Assembly (NCBI GenBank): GCA_048887065.1 | Contig: JBHLKC010000002.1 | Span: forward strand, 1-57,060 | Direction of reading: 5' to 3' | Source: Candidatus Hodarchaeota archaeon | GTDB lineage: Archaea; Asgardarchaeota; Heimdallarchaeia; Hodarchaeales; Hodarchaeaceae | DNA: 57,060 nucleotides | Shown here: positions 36,307 through 45,384 of the stretch, in pieces | How the letters are laid out: every line of letters starts with the position of its first letter | Position numbering within the stretch: the stretch's first letter is position 1 | Made by a program: the position numbers and the translations under genes | Notes under the pieces: generated by a model | Seen by the model: only the letters and a program-made list of their open reading frames with translations | Told to the model about the DNA's origin: nothing | The model's database searches: none

Positions 36307-36331
36307 TTCCATAGAATAGAGTGCCATTATT

Positions 36332-38422
36332 TTGCCTGCTGCTGAAAACGGTTCAATTTTTTTTCCTTTAATATTCCATTTTCATCAACCATGTGGTAAT
36401 TTTCCATGGGTTATAGAAGAAGCTTATCAGAAAGCTTATTTACCTCTCATTCAGACGATAAGTGAATATCCAAAGATAAAAGCTAATTTGCATTATTCAG
36501 GATCTCTCCTTCTTTGGCTTCAGAAAAATCATCCTGAATACTTAGAGAAGCTAAAATTCCTATTCATGAGGAATCAAATAGAAATAATTGGTGGAGGATT
36601 TTACGAGCCTATCTTAGCAACTATTCCAGAAAAAGATAGGCAGAAACAGCTCCAGCTTATGATAGACTGGTGGGAGACAAATTTTAGTATAAAACCAAGA
36701 GGAGCATGGTTAGCAGAAAGAGTATGGGCTCCGGATCTTCCACGAACATTTTATGATATGAATATTAAATTTACTTTTATAGATGATTACCTCTTTAGAA
36801 TCGCAGGTTATTCAGAGGAGAAAACCTTCTATGCCTATAATACTGAAGCTGAGGGAAAATCAATAGTAGTTTTTCCCATAAATGAATATATCCGATATCT
36901 GATTCCATGGAAGGATCCTCTAGCAACAATTCAATATTTAAAAAGAGGAAAAGATAATAATCAAGAGAAAATTATCCTTTTGTTTTCTGATGCGGAGAAA
37001 ATGGGATTATGGCCTGCTGGTGATCGAACAACCCACGATATTTGTTATATAAACGGGTACAATGGAAATCAAGGCTGGATACCAGAATTCTTTGAATTGA
37101 TCTTAGCAAATACTTGGATTAAACCTGTTTTAATTAGTGATTATCTTGAAAAGAATCCACCTAAAGGTTTGATTTATCTTCCTACTAGTTCTTACGATAA
37201 AATGTCAGTTTGGGCTTTACCAACACCTCTTAGGAAAAAACTGGAAAATCTTAGGCAAAAAGCGATGGATAAAGAAATAGCATTATCAGAAGACATTCTT
37301 ACTTTTACTACTGGATCTTTTTGGCAAAACTTCCTTGTAAAATATTCACAATCGAACATTATGCATAAGAGGATGATAACTTGCCGAAATAAAGTTGAAT
37401 TAGCTGAAGAAACATTATCACATTTGCCAAAGGAATCTTTTTCGGAAATTTGGAGGCATATTATGGCTGCACAGTCTAATGATGCTTATTGGCATGGCCT
37501 TTTTGGAGGTGTATACTATCCATTTCTACGACACACGGTTCATCAGCAACTCAATCACGCAGAGCATCTTTTAGATGAATTATACTTGAAAGAAGGATTG
37601 AAAATAGAAAAATGTAAAATTGACGATGTTTTACTGGATGGCCAACTGGATGGTGTGTTAGAAAATAGGAATATTTCATGTTATGTCTCCTCATTGGTCG
37701 GTGGAGCCATTTTTTCATTAAATTTGAAAAAAAGTGGATATAATTTCCTTAATATTTTGACAAGACGAAGAGAGAGTTACCATTCTGCGGAAATGCCATC
37801 AATAAATGATCGTTTCGAAAAATGGATGTTTCAAGATCACTTTCTTTTACCATCTCTTGAGATTGAAGCTTTCCAGGAAGATAACTATCAAGATTTAGGA
37901 ACCTTCGCAGGTAATCGATACAAAATTAGTCAAAATTCAGACCGTGAAATAACTCTTCAGCGAAAAGGGGAAGTGTATCTTGGTGAAAATGTTATCAAGA
38001 CCACAATTGCGAAAAGTTACAGATTAGAATCAAAAAAACTAGAAACAACATATGATATCGATTTTAATGAGCCAATTACGACAAATTCTCTAATTTTTTC
38101 TCCAGAGATCAATACAATCATCGTATCATACCCTTATAAAACTAGAGGAATCGTCGAAGGGAATTTTTTTGATTTAGGAAAGCAACTTTATCATTCTGGT
38201 TGTCAGCGTATTGAATTAAGGGATGAGAACGAACAAGAACAGGTTTGCATCTCATTTAATTTTTCCAAATCGATTAAATGTTACTCTTTTCCAATATTTT
38301 CAATTCCAAGAAGTGAATCTGATTGGAAAAAGCAATACCAGGGCACATCTATTTTTCCTATGGTTGATTTAAGTGGAAAAAAGCTAAAATTTAAAATAGA
38401 AATAAACCTGGTAATGTTGTAA
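36332..38422 (+). CDS. Glycoside hydrolase family 57 enzyme (alpha-amylase / 4-alpha-glucanotransferase type)
   Basis: All five-region-type GH57 motifs are present: FHFHQP, NQIEIIGGGFYEPI, WLAERVW (nucleophile Glu) and FSDAEKMG (acid/base Asp). TTG start. Confidence 0.8.
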   Translation: MPAAENGSIFFPLIFHFHQPCGNFPWVIEEAYQKAYLPLIQTISEYPKIKANLHYSGSLLLWLQKNHPEYLEKLKFLFMRNQIEIIGGGFYEPILATIPEKDRQKQLQLMIDWWETNFSIKPRGAWLAERVWAPDLPRTFYDMNIKFTFIDDYLFRIAGYSEEKTFYAYNTEAEGKSIVVFPINEYIRYLIPWKDPLATIQYLKRGKDNNQEKIILLFSDAEKMGLWPAGDRTTHDICYINGYNGNQGWIPEFFELILANTWIKPVLISDYLEKNPPKGLIYLPTSSYDKMSVWALPTPLRKKLENLRQKAMDKEIALSEDILTFTTGSFWQNFLVKYSQSNIMHKRMITCRNKVELAEETLSHLPKESFSEIWRHIMAAQSNDAYWHGLFGGVYYPFLRHTVHQQLNHAEHLLDELYLKEGLKIEKCKIDDVLLDGQLDGVLENRNISCYVSSLVGGAIFSLNLKKSGYNFLNILTRRRESYHSAEMPSINDRFEKWMFQDHFLLPSLEIEAFQEDNYQDLGTFAGNRYKISQNSDREITLQRKGEVYLGENVIKTTIAKSYRLESKKLETTYDIDFNEPITTNSLIFSPEINTIIVSYPYKTRGIVEGNFFDLGKQLYHSGCQRIELRDENEQEQVCISFNFSKSIKCYSFPIFSIPRSESDWKKQYQGTSIFPMVDLSGKKLKFKIEINLVML

Positions 38423-38453
38423 GACAATTCTTATTAACTAATTTCTTAGGAAC

Positions 38454-38474
38454 ATGACTTTTAAAAAAAGTCAT
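38454..38474 (+). terminator. Perfect 9-bp-stem hairpin (atgactttt-aaa-aaaagtcat) 32 nt after the GH57 stop
   Basis: Read directly from the sequence and followed by ttt. It may mark the 3' end of the transcript. Confidence 0.3.
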
Positions 38475-38693
38475 TTTAACATCAATATATCGCGAGGGAA
38501 AAGTGAAAAAACGAGAATAATTACTTTTCTTCCTTCTAATCTAGTAAGAATAAAGGAATTTTTCTAGATCATAGAAATTTTTTATGTAATTGTAAAAAGG
38601 TTTTATACATAGTAATTTTTAAAATCCTAAGATTTGAATCTATAATTCGCTCCAAATAAATATTTAAACGTTTCTTTAACTGGAGAAAGACAA

Positions 38694-41444
38694 ATGAATA
38701 AAGAACTCACTAAAGCTTATGACCATAGGGAATTTGAAGAAGAAATCTACATATTTTGGGAAACAAATGGCTTTTTTCAACCTGAAAAACAGATTGAATT
38801 AGGATTAGTAGATAATAGTAGTCCCCGGTATTGTATTACGATTCCCTTACCAAATGTGACTGGTCAATTACATCTAGGCCATGCGTTGACAATTTCTCTC
38901 GAAGATTTGATGACACGCTTTGAACGTATGAATCAAAAAGAAACACTTTTTATGCCAGGAACAGATCATGCTGGCATTGCTACTCAAAATGTTGTTGAAA
39001 GAGAACTTTTGAAAGAAGGAATTAGACGAAAAGACTTAGGTCGGGAAAAATTCATTGAAAAAGTATGGGAGTGGAAAGATAAATATCACGCAAGAATCAC
39101 TGAACAATCAAAAAGAATGGGGATGTCGTCGGATTGGAATCGTGAACGATTCACATTAGATGAAATTTGTACAAGAGCCGTACGTGAGGCATTTTATAGG
39201 TTATATATGAAAGGTCTTATCTATCGTGGCGAATATATGGTCAATTGGTGTCCCCGGTGTGAATCAGCTATTTCAGACCTTGAAACCGAATCAAAAGAGA
39301 GAGAAAGCAATTTATGGTATATCAAATACCCCATAGTTAATCAACAGTGGACAAAACCAAAAGCTGAATGGGGAAGCGGGAACTGGGCAAAAGGAGCTAC
39401 AGATTTTATCGTTGTGGCAACAACTAGGCCTGAAACACTTCTTGGAGATTCTGCTGTTGCAACAACCCCTGATCATAAGGAATATAAACAATTTATTGGA
39501 AGTAAGGCTATTTTACCAGTAAATGCTCGGGAAATCCCTATAATCGCAGATGATTATGTAGATCCTGAATTTGGCACTGGAGCATTGAAAATCACTCCAG
39601 GTCATGATCCAAATGATTATGTAATTGGTCAAAAATATGGGCTTGAAGTAATAACAATATTAGATGAAAAAGCCCATTTACTTCCAGAATATTCTGGAGC
39701 TTATTCTGGGCTGGATAGAGAAGAAGCTAGGGAAGCTATTGTCAAAGATCTTGAAAAAGAAGGATTATTGGATAACATTGAGTCATATCTCCACAGTGAA
39801 CCTTATTGTCAGCGTTGCCACACTGTAATTGAACCACGAGTCTCGATTCAGTGGTTTGTGAAAACCAAACCCCTTGCTGAAGCGGCTATTGAAAAAGTAC
39901 GTAACAATGAAACAGTTATCATACCTGAAAGAGAAAAACAACGGTTTTACAGATGGATGGACAATATTCATGATTGGTGTATATCTCGTCAGCTCTGGTG
40001 GGGTCACAGAATTCCTATTGTATACTGTAATGGTTGTGAAGAAGAGATTTGCCTCCCTCCAGATGTTAATGACCTTGACAAGTGTCCAAAATGTGATAGT
40101 CAAAATTTGACATTAGAAGAAGATGTATTGGATACATGGTTTTCGAGTGGTTTGTGGCCTTTCTCAACATTAAAGTGGCCTGACACAAACCACCCTGATT
40201 TTAAGCGGTTTTATCCAACAAATACTCGTGAAACAGGTTACGATATATTATTTTTCTGGGTTGCTAGGGAAATGATGTTAGGGATTGAATTAACAGGTAG
40301 AGCTCCCTACGACACCATTTATCTTCATGGATTAATTCGTGATGAAAAAGGACGCAAAATTAGCAAATCAATGGGAGATGTTGATCGTTTTGATCCTTTA
40401 AATATCATCAGTAATTATGGTGCTGATGCATTACGGTTTTTACTAATCTCCAATACAATTCCTGGTGTTGATACAAATCTAGATCCACGTCAATTAAAGG
40501 CTGCGCATCGATTTTTTAATAAAATATGGCAATCCACACGCTTTTTGCTTAGTAATATTCAGGAAAAAGAGAAGCTACCCGAATTAAATATGATTAAAAA
40601 AAGCGAACTTACCTTCGCTGATAGATGGATTTTATCTCGATTGAATAAGCTAGTTAAAGAGACTACTGAATGTTTTACTAATTTTAATTATCTTAAGGCT
40701 ATTAGAGACATTAAGATTTTTTATTGGAACGAGTTTTGTGATTGGTATATTGAGATTAGTAAAATCCGACTTTATAGCAACAATGATAATGAGAAAATTA
40801 TTCCTAAGGTCATCTTACTCCACATTCTAGATACTTCTTTTCGATTACTTCATCCAGTCATTCCATTTTTAACAGAAAAATTGTGGCAACATCTTCCAGA
40901 GTATAATAAAGAATCCCCAGCTTTAATTGTTTCTCCTTGGCCGCAGACTGATGCAGGTTTCATTGACAACGATATTGAAACAGAATTTCAATTCACGATA
41001 AAGCTAATTCACGAGCTTAGACGAATTAGAGCTGATTTTAATGTGAGATTATCAACTAAAATCCCCCTCTTAATTGATTTAGGTGAGAATGAAAAGATAT
41101 TTGAATTGACAAAGGATGAGATTGTTACATTAGCTAAAATAGATGATAAAAAGCTTGTTATATCATCTAAATTGACCCCTCCTCGCCGATCAGCCCGAGT
41201 AGTTTTGTTAGGGGTTGTTGGTTACATTCCCCTTGAAAAAATTATCGACATTGAAGCAGAGAGAAAAAAAATTGAAAATAAATTAAAAAAAGTGTTGAAG
41301 GATATTTCACAGACATCGAAGAAACTAGAAGGCCCATTTGCCCAAAAAGCTCCTACAGAGCTTATTCAGAAAGAACAGGAAAATCTTATGGAGTTAAAGC
41401 ATAAAAAAACTTTAATGGAGGAGCAAATTCAGATTCTAAGATGA
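38694..41444 (+). CDS. valS: Valyl-tRNA synthetase, type 1 (with C-terminal coiled-coil arm)
   Basis: PNVTGQLHLGHAL (HIGH), KISKSMGD (KMSKS), TTRPETLLGD, WCISRQLWWGH, and a C-terminal heptad-rich segment EAERKKIENKLKKVLKDISQTSKKLE...LKHKKTLMEEQIQILR. Confidence 0.9.
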   Translation: MNKELTKAYDHREFEEEIYIFWETNGFFQPEKQIELGLVDNSSPRYCITIPLPNVTGQLHLGHALTISLEDLMTRFERMNQKETLFMPGTDHAGIATQNVVERELLKEGIRRKDLGREKFIEKVWEWKDKYHARITEQSKRMGMSSDWNRERFTLDEICTRAVREAFYRLYMKGLIYRGEYMVNWCPRCESAISDLETESKERESNLWYIKYPIVNQQWTKPKAEWGSGNWAKGATDFIVVATTRPETLLGDSAVATTPDHKEYKQFIGSKAILPVNAREIPIIADDYVDPEFGTGALKITPGHDPNDYVIGQKYGLEVITILDEKAHLLPEYSGAYSGLDREEAREAIVKDLEKEGLLDNIESYLHSEPYCQRCHTVIEPRVSIQWFVKTKPLAEAAIEKVRNNETVIIPEREKQRFYRWMDNIHDWCISRQLWWGHRIPIVYCNGCEEEICLPPDVNDLDKCPKCDSQNLTLEEDVLDTWFSSGLWPFSTLKWPDTNHPDFKRFYPTNTRETGYDILFFWVAREMMLGIELTGRAPYDTIYLHGLIRDEKGRKISKSMGDVDRFDPLNIISNYGADALRFLLISNTIPGVDTNLDPRQLKAAHRFFNKIWQSTRFLLSNIQEKEKLPELNMIKKSELTFADRWILSRLNKLVKETTECFTNFNYLKAIRDIKIFYWNEFCDWYIEISKIRLYSNNDNEKIIPKVILLHILDTSFRLLHPVIPFLTEKLWQHLPEYNKESPALIVSPWPQTDAGFIDNDIETEFQFTIKLIHELRRIRADFNVRLSTKIPLLIDLGENEKIFELTKDEIVTLAKIDDKKLVISSKLTPPRRSARVVLLGVVGYIPLEKIIDIEAERKKIENKLKKVLKDISQTSKKLEGPFAQKAPTELIQKEQENLMELKHKKTLMEEQIQILR

Positions 41445-41454
41445 AAAAACTTAC

Positions 41455-41461
41455 TTTTTTT
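41455..41461 (+). terminator. T7 run 11 nt after the valS stop
   Basis: cttacttttttt follows the TGA at 41442-41444. Confidence 0.3.
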
Positions 41462-41625
41462 GGATCTTATTGGTAACCTTGTACATTCATTTATTGAAGG
41501 GATTTTAACAGTAATATCTTTGATTTTAATAAACCTAATATCTCTAGTGAATACAATACATGGATTAGAAGTGCTATTCTAATAAATGTATTTTCTCTTG
41601 AAAAGTAACATAATCTTAATGAAAC

Positions 41626-41736
41626 CTAAGATAACAAGAAAAGGATAAAGATAATACCTAGTAAAAAGATAAACCCTGACCCGAAGGTGAATACCATATC
41701 TAAAAAGAATCTAATTTTACTGACTGTGTTTTCCAC
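41626..41736 (-). CDS. Small hydrophobic peptide, copy 1 (36 aa from GTG; 23 aa from the internal ATG at 41697)
   Basis: Hand-translated as (V)ENTVSKIRFFLDMVFTFGSGFIFLLGIIFILFLLS. Paralog of the 42030-42131 peptide and shares its upstream sequence. Confidence 0.4.
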   Translation of the reverse strand: MENTVSKIRFFLDMVFTFGSGFIFLLGIIFILFLLS

Positions 41737-41795
41737 TTCTCTTCACTTTTTCTCCGAGTAATATTAGCACATTTATCTTAATAAAACCTTCTATC
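41626..41795 (-). repeat. Duplicated unit A (promoter-like element + leader + peptide ORF)
   Basis: Upstream on the minus strand: aaggttttattaagataaatgtgctaatattactcggagaaaaag. Unit B has aaggtttattaagatgtatgtccatattcactcagaaataactt. Confidence 0.5.
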
Positions 41796-42029
41796 CCTTC
41801 ATCAAAAAACTGGCGTCTAATTCCCCAAAAAAACCTTTTTATTTTTTTATTTCTTACTCTGAAGCTGATTTACAAAGGAACCTGTTAAAAAGATGAAATT
41901 AAAATTCGCTAGTAAGTTAAAACCAGATACTCGACTCTTTTCAACCACTACTAATTTATCTATTTCTCAAAATAAAAAACTGAGAAGGAATATGATTCCC
42001 TAGAAATATTAATCCTATCGATTCTTGCA

Positions 42030-42131
42030 TTAGAGCATTATAAACAATAGAAAAATTATACCAAATAAAAAAATCAACCCTGTCCCATATGTAAAAATTA
42101 TATCAAGCATTGATTTTACTTTATTTCCCAT
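42030..42131 (-). CDS. Small hydrophobic peptide, copy 2 (33 aa)
   Basis: Hand-translated as MGNKVKSMLDIIFTYGTGLIFLFGIIFLLFIML. ATG start and TAA stop. A conserved upstream TTTATTAAGAT element lies about 45 nt 5' of the start. Confidence 0.45.
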   Translation of the reverse strand: MGNKVKSMLDIIFTYGTGLIFLFGIIFLLFIML

Positions 42132-42185
42132 ACTCAAGTTATTTCTGAGTGAATATGGACATACATCTTAATAAACCTTTGCATC
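42030..42185 (-). repeat. Duplicated unit B (promoter-like element + leader + peptide ORF)
   Basis: See unit A. The two units lie about 400 bp apart in the same orientation. Confidence 0.5.
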
Positions 42186-42248
42186 TTAGTAAAGATCCGA
42201 GTATATTTAAGAAGATGGGTGCTAATATAGTCAAGGAATATTTTCACA

Positions 42249-42701
42249 TTGCAGAAAAAAGGATTTATCTATCATGATTCTATGAAGAAAATTGTGATTA
42301 AAATGTTCCAAGCAAAAATAAAAGTAACTTTAAGGAAGTGGATTGATAAAGGGGGACGCGTGCGCCAATATTTTATACGAGGTCATAGTAATTGGTTTGC
42401 ATTGGTTTTATCTCTGATAAATTTCACCCTAATCTTCTATAATCTTCTTTTCAAGAATCTTTTCTTTGTTCCTGATGTTTTAAAATCTTACTCTGTTTTC
42501 TTTATCATCTTTGGAGTTCTCTACTTCCCTATGGCTGCGATATTGGGATGGTTGGATTTCAAAAAAGGAACCTATAAAGCTGAACAAGTTCTAACAATGG
42601 AGGTCTCACCAATTTGGAGAGAGGTTTTCCAAAAACTTCAAAATCTTGAGGAGGCAAATGTAATTCTTCTCTCTGAACTAAAAAAGATACAAGACGTATA
42701 A
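42249..42701 (+). CDS. Hypothetical membrane protein (two TM helices, C-terminal helical tail)
   Basis: Hydrophobic segments WFALVLSLINFTLIFYNLLF and YSVFFIIFGVLYFPMAAILGWL. The start is TTG, or ATG at 42282. Confidence 0.5.
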   Translation: MQKKGFIYHDSMKKIVIKMFQAKIKVTLRKWIDKGGRVRQYFIRGHSNWFALVLSLINFTLIFYNLLFKNLFFVPDVLKSYSVFFIIFGVLYFPMAAILGWLDFKKGTYKAEQVLTMEVSPIWREVFQKLQNLEEANVILLSELKKIQDV

Positions 42702-43003
42702 TACAAGAAAGGTAGTTGAAAATATTATTGTAGTGCATTGACAAAAATAAATTATTTCAAGCAGCAGTCATAAAATTCATGCCTATAACATGTTAGGGGA
42801 TAAAAAATTTGAAAAGAGTTGTTTAAATATTGGTTGTTGTATCTCAGATATGGATTCAGCATCTCAATTGCATGCAAATAATTGGACATACTCATTTACG
42901 AATTGGGAGTGAAATAGAGCCAGAATTAGGAGGAACTCTTTATACTGCATTATTAACCGCATTATCACAAATTGAACCACCCCATTCAGAGTAGCTATAT
43001 CTG

Positions 43004-43342
43004 GTGTATTTGGATATAGAATCCCTGAAAATGAAGGAATTGGGTTTTTCACTGTCCAAAATCCTAATTTTCGTGTTTTTTTTCCTCGGTGAGGGATTAT
43101 ATGGAAGAGGAATACCTTTTCTAAGAGGAGTTCAGACTTCTCGAAAAATAAAAATGTTTTTTGAGCGCCTTGAAGAAGTAATACCCTATGAAGAATGTAT
43201 GCTAGCCCATCCAACAACTAGAGACGGAAGCTTCTGGTTTAACCTTATAGTGTCGCTTGGTTTTGGTGAACAAATTCCAATTGAGGAACTTGAAGTTGTT
43301 TATTCGTTAAAATATGTCCATATGAAAGCAAAAAGGAAATAG
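43004..43342 (+). CDS. Hypothetical protein. The same frame is open upstream from the ATG at 42872 except for one TAG at 42992-42994.
   Basis: GTG start as given in the track. Upstream in-frame segment: MQIIGHTHLRIGSEIEPELGGTLYTALLTALSQIEPPHSE-stop. The opposite-strand ORF 42864-43217 is judged a shadow. Confidence 0.4.
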   Translation: MYLDIESLKMKELGFSLSKILIFVFFFLGEGLYGRGIPFLRGVQTSRKIKMFFERLEEVIPYEECMLAHPTTRDGSFWFNLIVSLGFGEQIPIEELEVVYSLKYVHMKAKRK

Positions 43343-43351
43343 GCTCATGAG

Positions 43352-43717
43352 GTGAAGATTGAAAAACTAGAAACAGCAGATCTTGGGAGTTCACTAGGTA
43401 AGGGGGTTGAAATTATCGATATATTGATTGCGAGCAAAACTCAAGGAATCTTCAGTAATCCCCAATTTAGTTTCCTAATATATGAGGCGCCTTTTCACCA
43501 GATTCGTGATTTTGTCCCTGATTTTCATCCAAATACAATAGTACTCACCTATTCGCATGGGGATTTTACGAAAGGACGGAGCCCTTTAGTGGCTTTTCTT
43601 TCACTTCACAAAGATGAATTAACAATTCAATTTTGCCTTCCAATGCAATCTGGAGTCGGAATTGAAGGAATTTATTTGATTAGTTCGTATTTAAGATCTT
43701 TACTGTTCAATTCGTGA
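43352..43717 (+). CDS. Hypothetical protein
   Basis: GTG start 9 nt after the preceding stop, which suggests an operon. No recognisable motif. Confidence 0.45.
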   Translation: MKIEKLETADLGSSLGKGVEIIDILIASKTQGIFSNPQFSFLIYEAPFHQIRDFVPDFHPNTIVLTYSHGDFTKGRSPLVAFLSLHKDELTIQFCLPMQSGVGIEGIYLISSYLRSLLFNS

Positions 43718-43878
43718 AAATTTGTGGAAAGAATTTTTGGATGAAGATATCTAGAGATAGAAATAATGATATTCAAAAGAACGATGGTGTTATCCTTTTA
43801 AAATAGGGAAAATAGACTACATAAAAATCAATCTATTTTGCTAAACCTTTTAAGATAGATTTAATTACAAAGATATTC

Positions 43879-44328
43879 ATGCGTACCGCCTCACATGCTG
43901 ACATTGCTGAAGTAATTAAGTTAATGAGTAAATGTTTTGAGTATGAGATAAGCCGGGGTATGGAACTAAAGTCTGTCTCTCAGATTCAGGCTCAGATAAA
44001 CCGATCAGATATGTTTCTCTTAGTAGAAGAAGAAAATGACAAAATTATTGCATTTGCTCTTGTTCAAGCAAAAAGCGAAATTAGCTCTGCTCAGATTCGT
44101 ATATTAGGAGTTGATCCTTTATATCAAGGCATTGGTGTAGGTAAGAGGTTATTAAACGCTATAATCGATCTGGCAAGAGAGCATAATTGGCCAAAAATTA
44201 AGATCGTTGCACGATCCTCAAACCTGCCAATGAGAAAACTCATGGCTGGTTTAGGGTTCATCCCCGAAGGGTATTTACGTAAGGAATTCTTGGACGAAGA
44301 TGTCATTCTCTACTCTTATTATCATTAA
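43879..44328 (+). CDS. GNAT N-acetyltransferase
   Basis: ILGVDPLYQGIGVGKRLL acetyl-CoA binding motif, followed by GLGFIPEG. Confidence 0.8.
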   Translation: MRTASHADIAEVIKLMSKCFEYEISRGMELKSVSQIQAQINRSDMFLLVEEENDKIIAFALVQAKSEISSAQIRILGVDPLYQGIGVGKRLLNAIIDLAREHNWPKIKIVARSSNLPMRKLMAGLGFIPEGYLRKEFLDEDVILYSYYH

Positions 44329-44343
44329 TGAGCCGCTTCTCCA

Positions 44344-45312
44344 ATGTATTCTCCAATAAAGAAACTCGATACCGAATTTTTCGTTTTAGCAATTATTATT
44401 GTGCTTTTATGGTCTACTCCTCCTTTAGTTTCTAAATTATGGGTCGGATCTGGAATATTTCCCGGATTTTTTTTTGGATTTCTTCGATATATCTTTGGTG
44501 CGGTGTTTTTAATCATTATCGTAGCATCTCAAGGGAAAGTAAAAATTCTCTTTAAAATTTTTAGAACAAAATTCCATGAAGTTCTATTTTGCGCTTTCTG
44601 GTTAAGCCTAATGATTCTAGGTCAAAACTTCTCCATTTTATTCATTTTGGGATCATCGAGTTCTGTTTTATTAAACTTTAATCCTACCCTAATCTATTTA
44701 TTTGCACCTCTCCTTTTTGTGGATGAAAAATATACTAAAAGGAAAACTATCGGTGTTGTCATTTCTTCCATTGGTATTGGAGTAGTTTTTTTAGCTTCTC
44801 TTGAAACAGCTTCTGCTCTCTCTTTAACTGATTTTATCATTGGAAACGGATTAGGTTTTCTGTCAGGAGTAGGTTGGGCAGGCTATTCCTTGTCATTAAA
44901 ACGATTATTTCATGAAAAGGAAGTACAAGAGATTACTGCTTTAAATTTGTTTGTTGCATCTATCATTTTGTTGACAATTTCAATTATAACAGAGCATTTT
45001 CCTCCAATAGAAAGCTATTCTCTATTGAGCGTTTGGGGCCTCATAGTAATTGGCATCGGGGCTGCTGGTGTTGCCTTCACGTTATATTTAATGTTAGTGC
45101 AAAAATATGGTGCCATTCATGCTGGAAATATCCAATTTTTAATTCCACTTGTTTCTATACTATTTGCTTGGATTTATTTAGCTGAATTTTCAAGATTCGC
45201 TTTAATTGGTGGAATTTTATGCGCATTCGGAGTTGCATTAGTCAGTTTTGAGTTTTCGTTTCGCTCGAGGGAAAGTACAAATTCCACTGACCCGTCAAAT
45301 GAATATATCTAA
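44344..45312 (+). CDS. EamA/DMT-family transporter
   Basis: About ten hydrophobic helices arranged as two 5-TM halves. 322 aa, which is typical for the family. Confidence 0.75.
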   Translation: MYSPIKKLDTEFFVLAIIIVLLWSTPPLVSKLWVGSGIFPGFFFGFLRYIFGAVFLIIIVASQGKVKILFKIFRTKFHEVLFCAFWLSLMILGQNFSILFILGSSSSVLLNFNPTLIYLFAPLLFVDEKYTKRKTIGVVISSIGIGVVFLASLETASALSLTDFIIGNGLGFLSGVGWAGYSLSLKRLFHEKEVQEITALNLFVASIILLTISIITEHFPPIESYSLLSVWGLIVIGIGAAGVAFTLYLMLVQKYGAIHAGNIQFLIPLVSILFAWIYLAEFSRFALIGGILCAFGVALVSFEFSFRSRESTNSTDPSNEYI

Positions 45313-45384
45313 GAGTTATAAGAAGTTTCAGAAAAACCTCTTTTCGGCATATTCTCAGTTCTAATCAAAGGAAGCTCCATACTC

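Noticed and set aside
41441-41476. 11-codon ORF (MKKLTFFGSYW) overlapping the valS stop in an ATGA arrangement.
   Set aside because: It is too short, has no supporting features, and overlaps the oligo-T tract that more likely acts as the valS terminator.
42864-43217. 117-aa minus-strand ORF overlapping the 43004-43342 plus-strand ORF.
   Set aside because: It has no motif. The plus-strand reading fits an operon with the 43352 gene (9-nt spacer) and has the more protein-like composition. Confidence is low either way.
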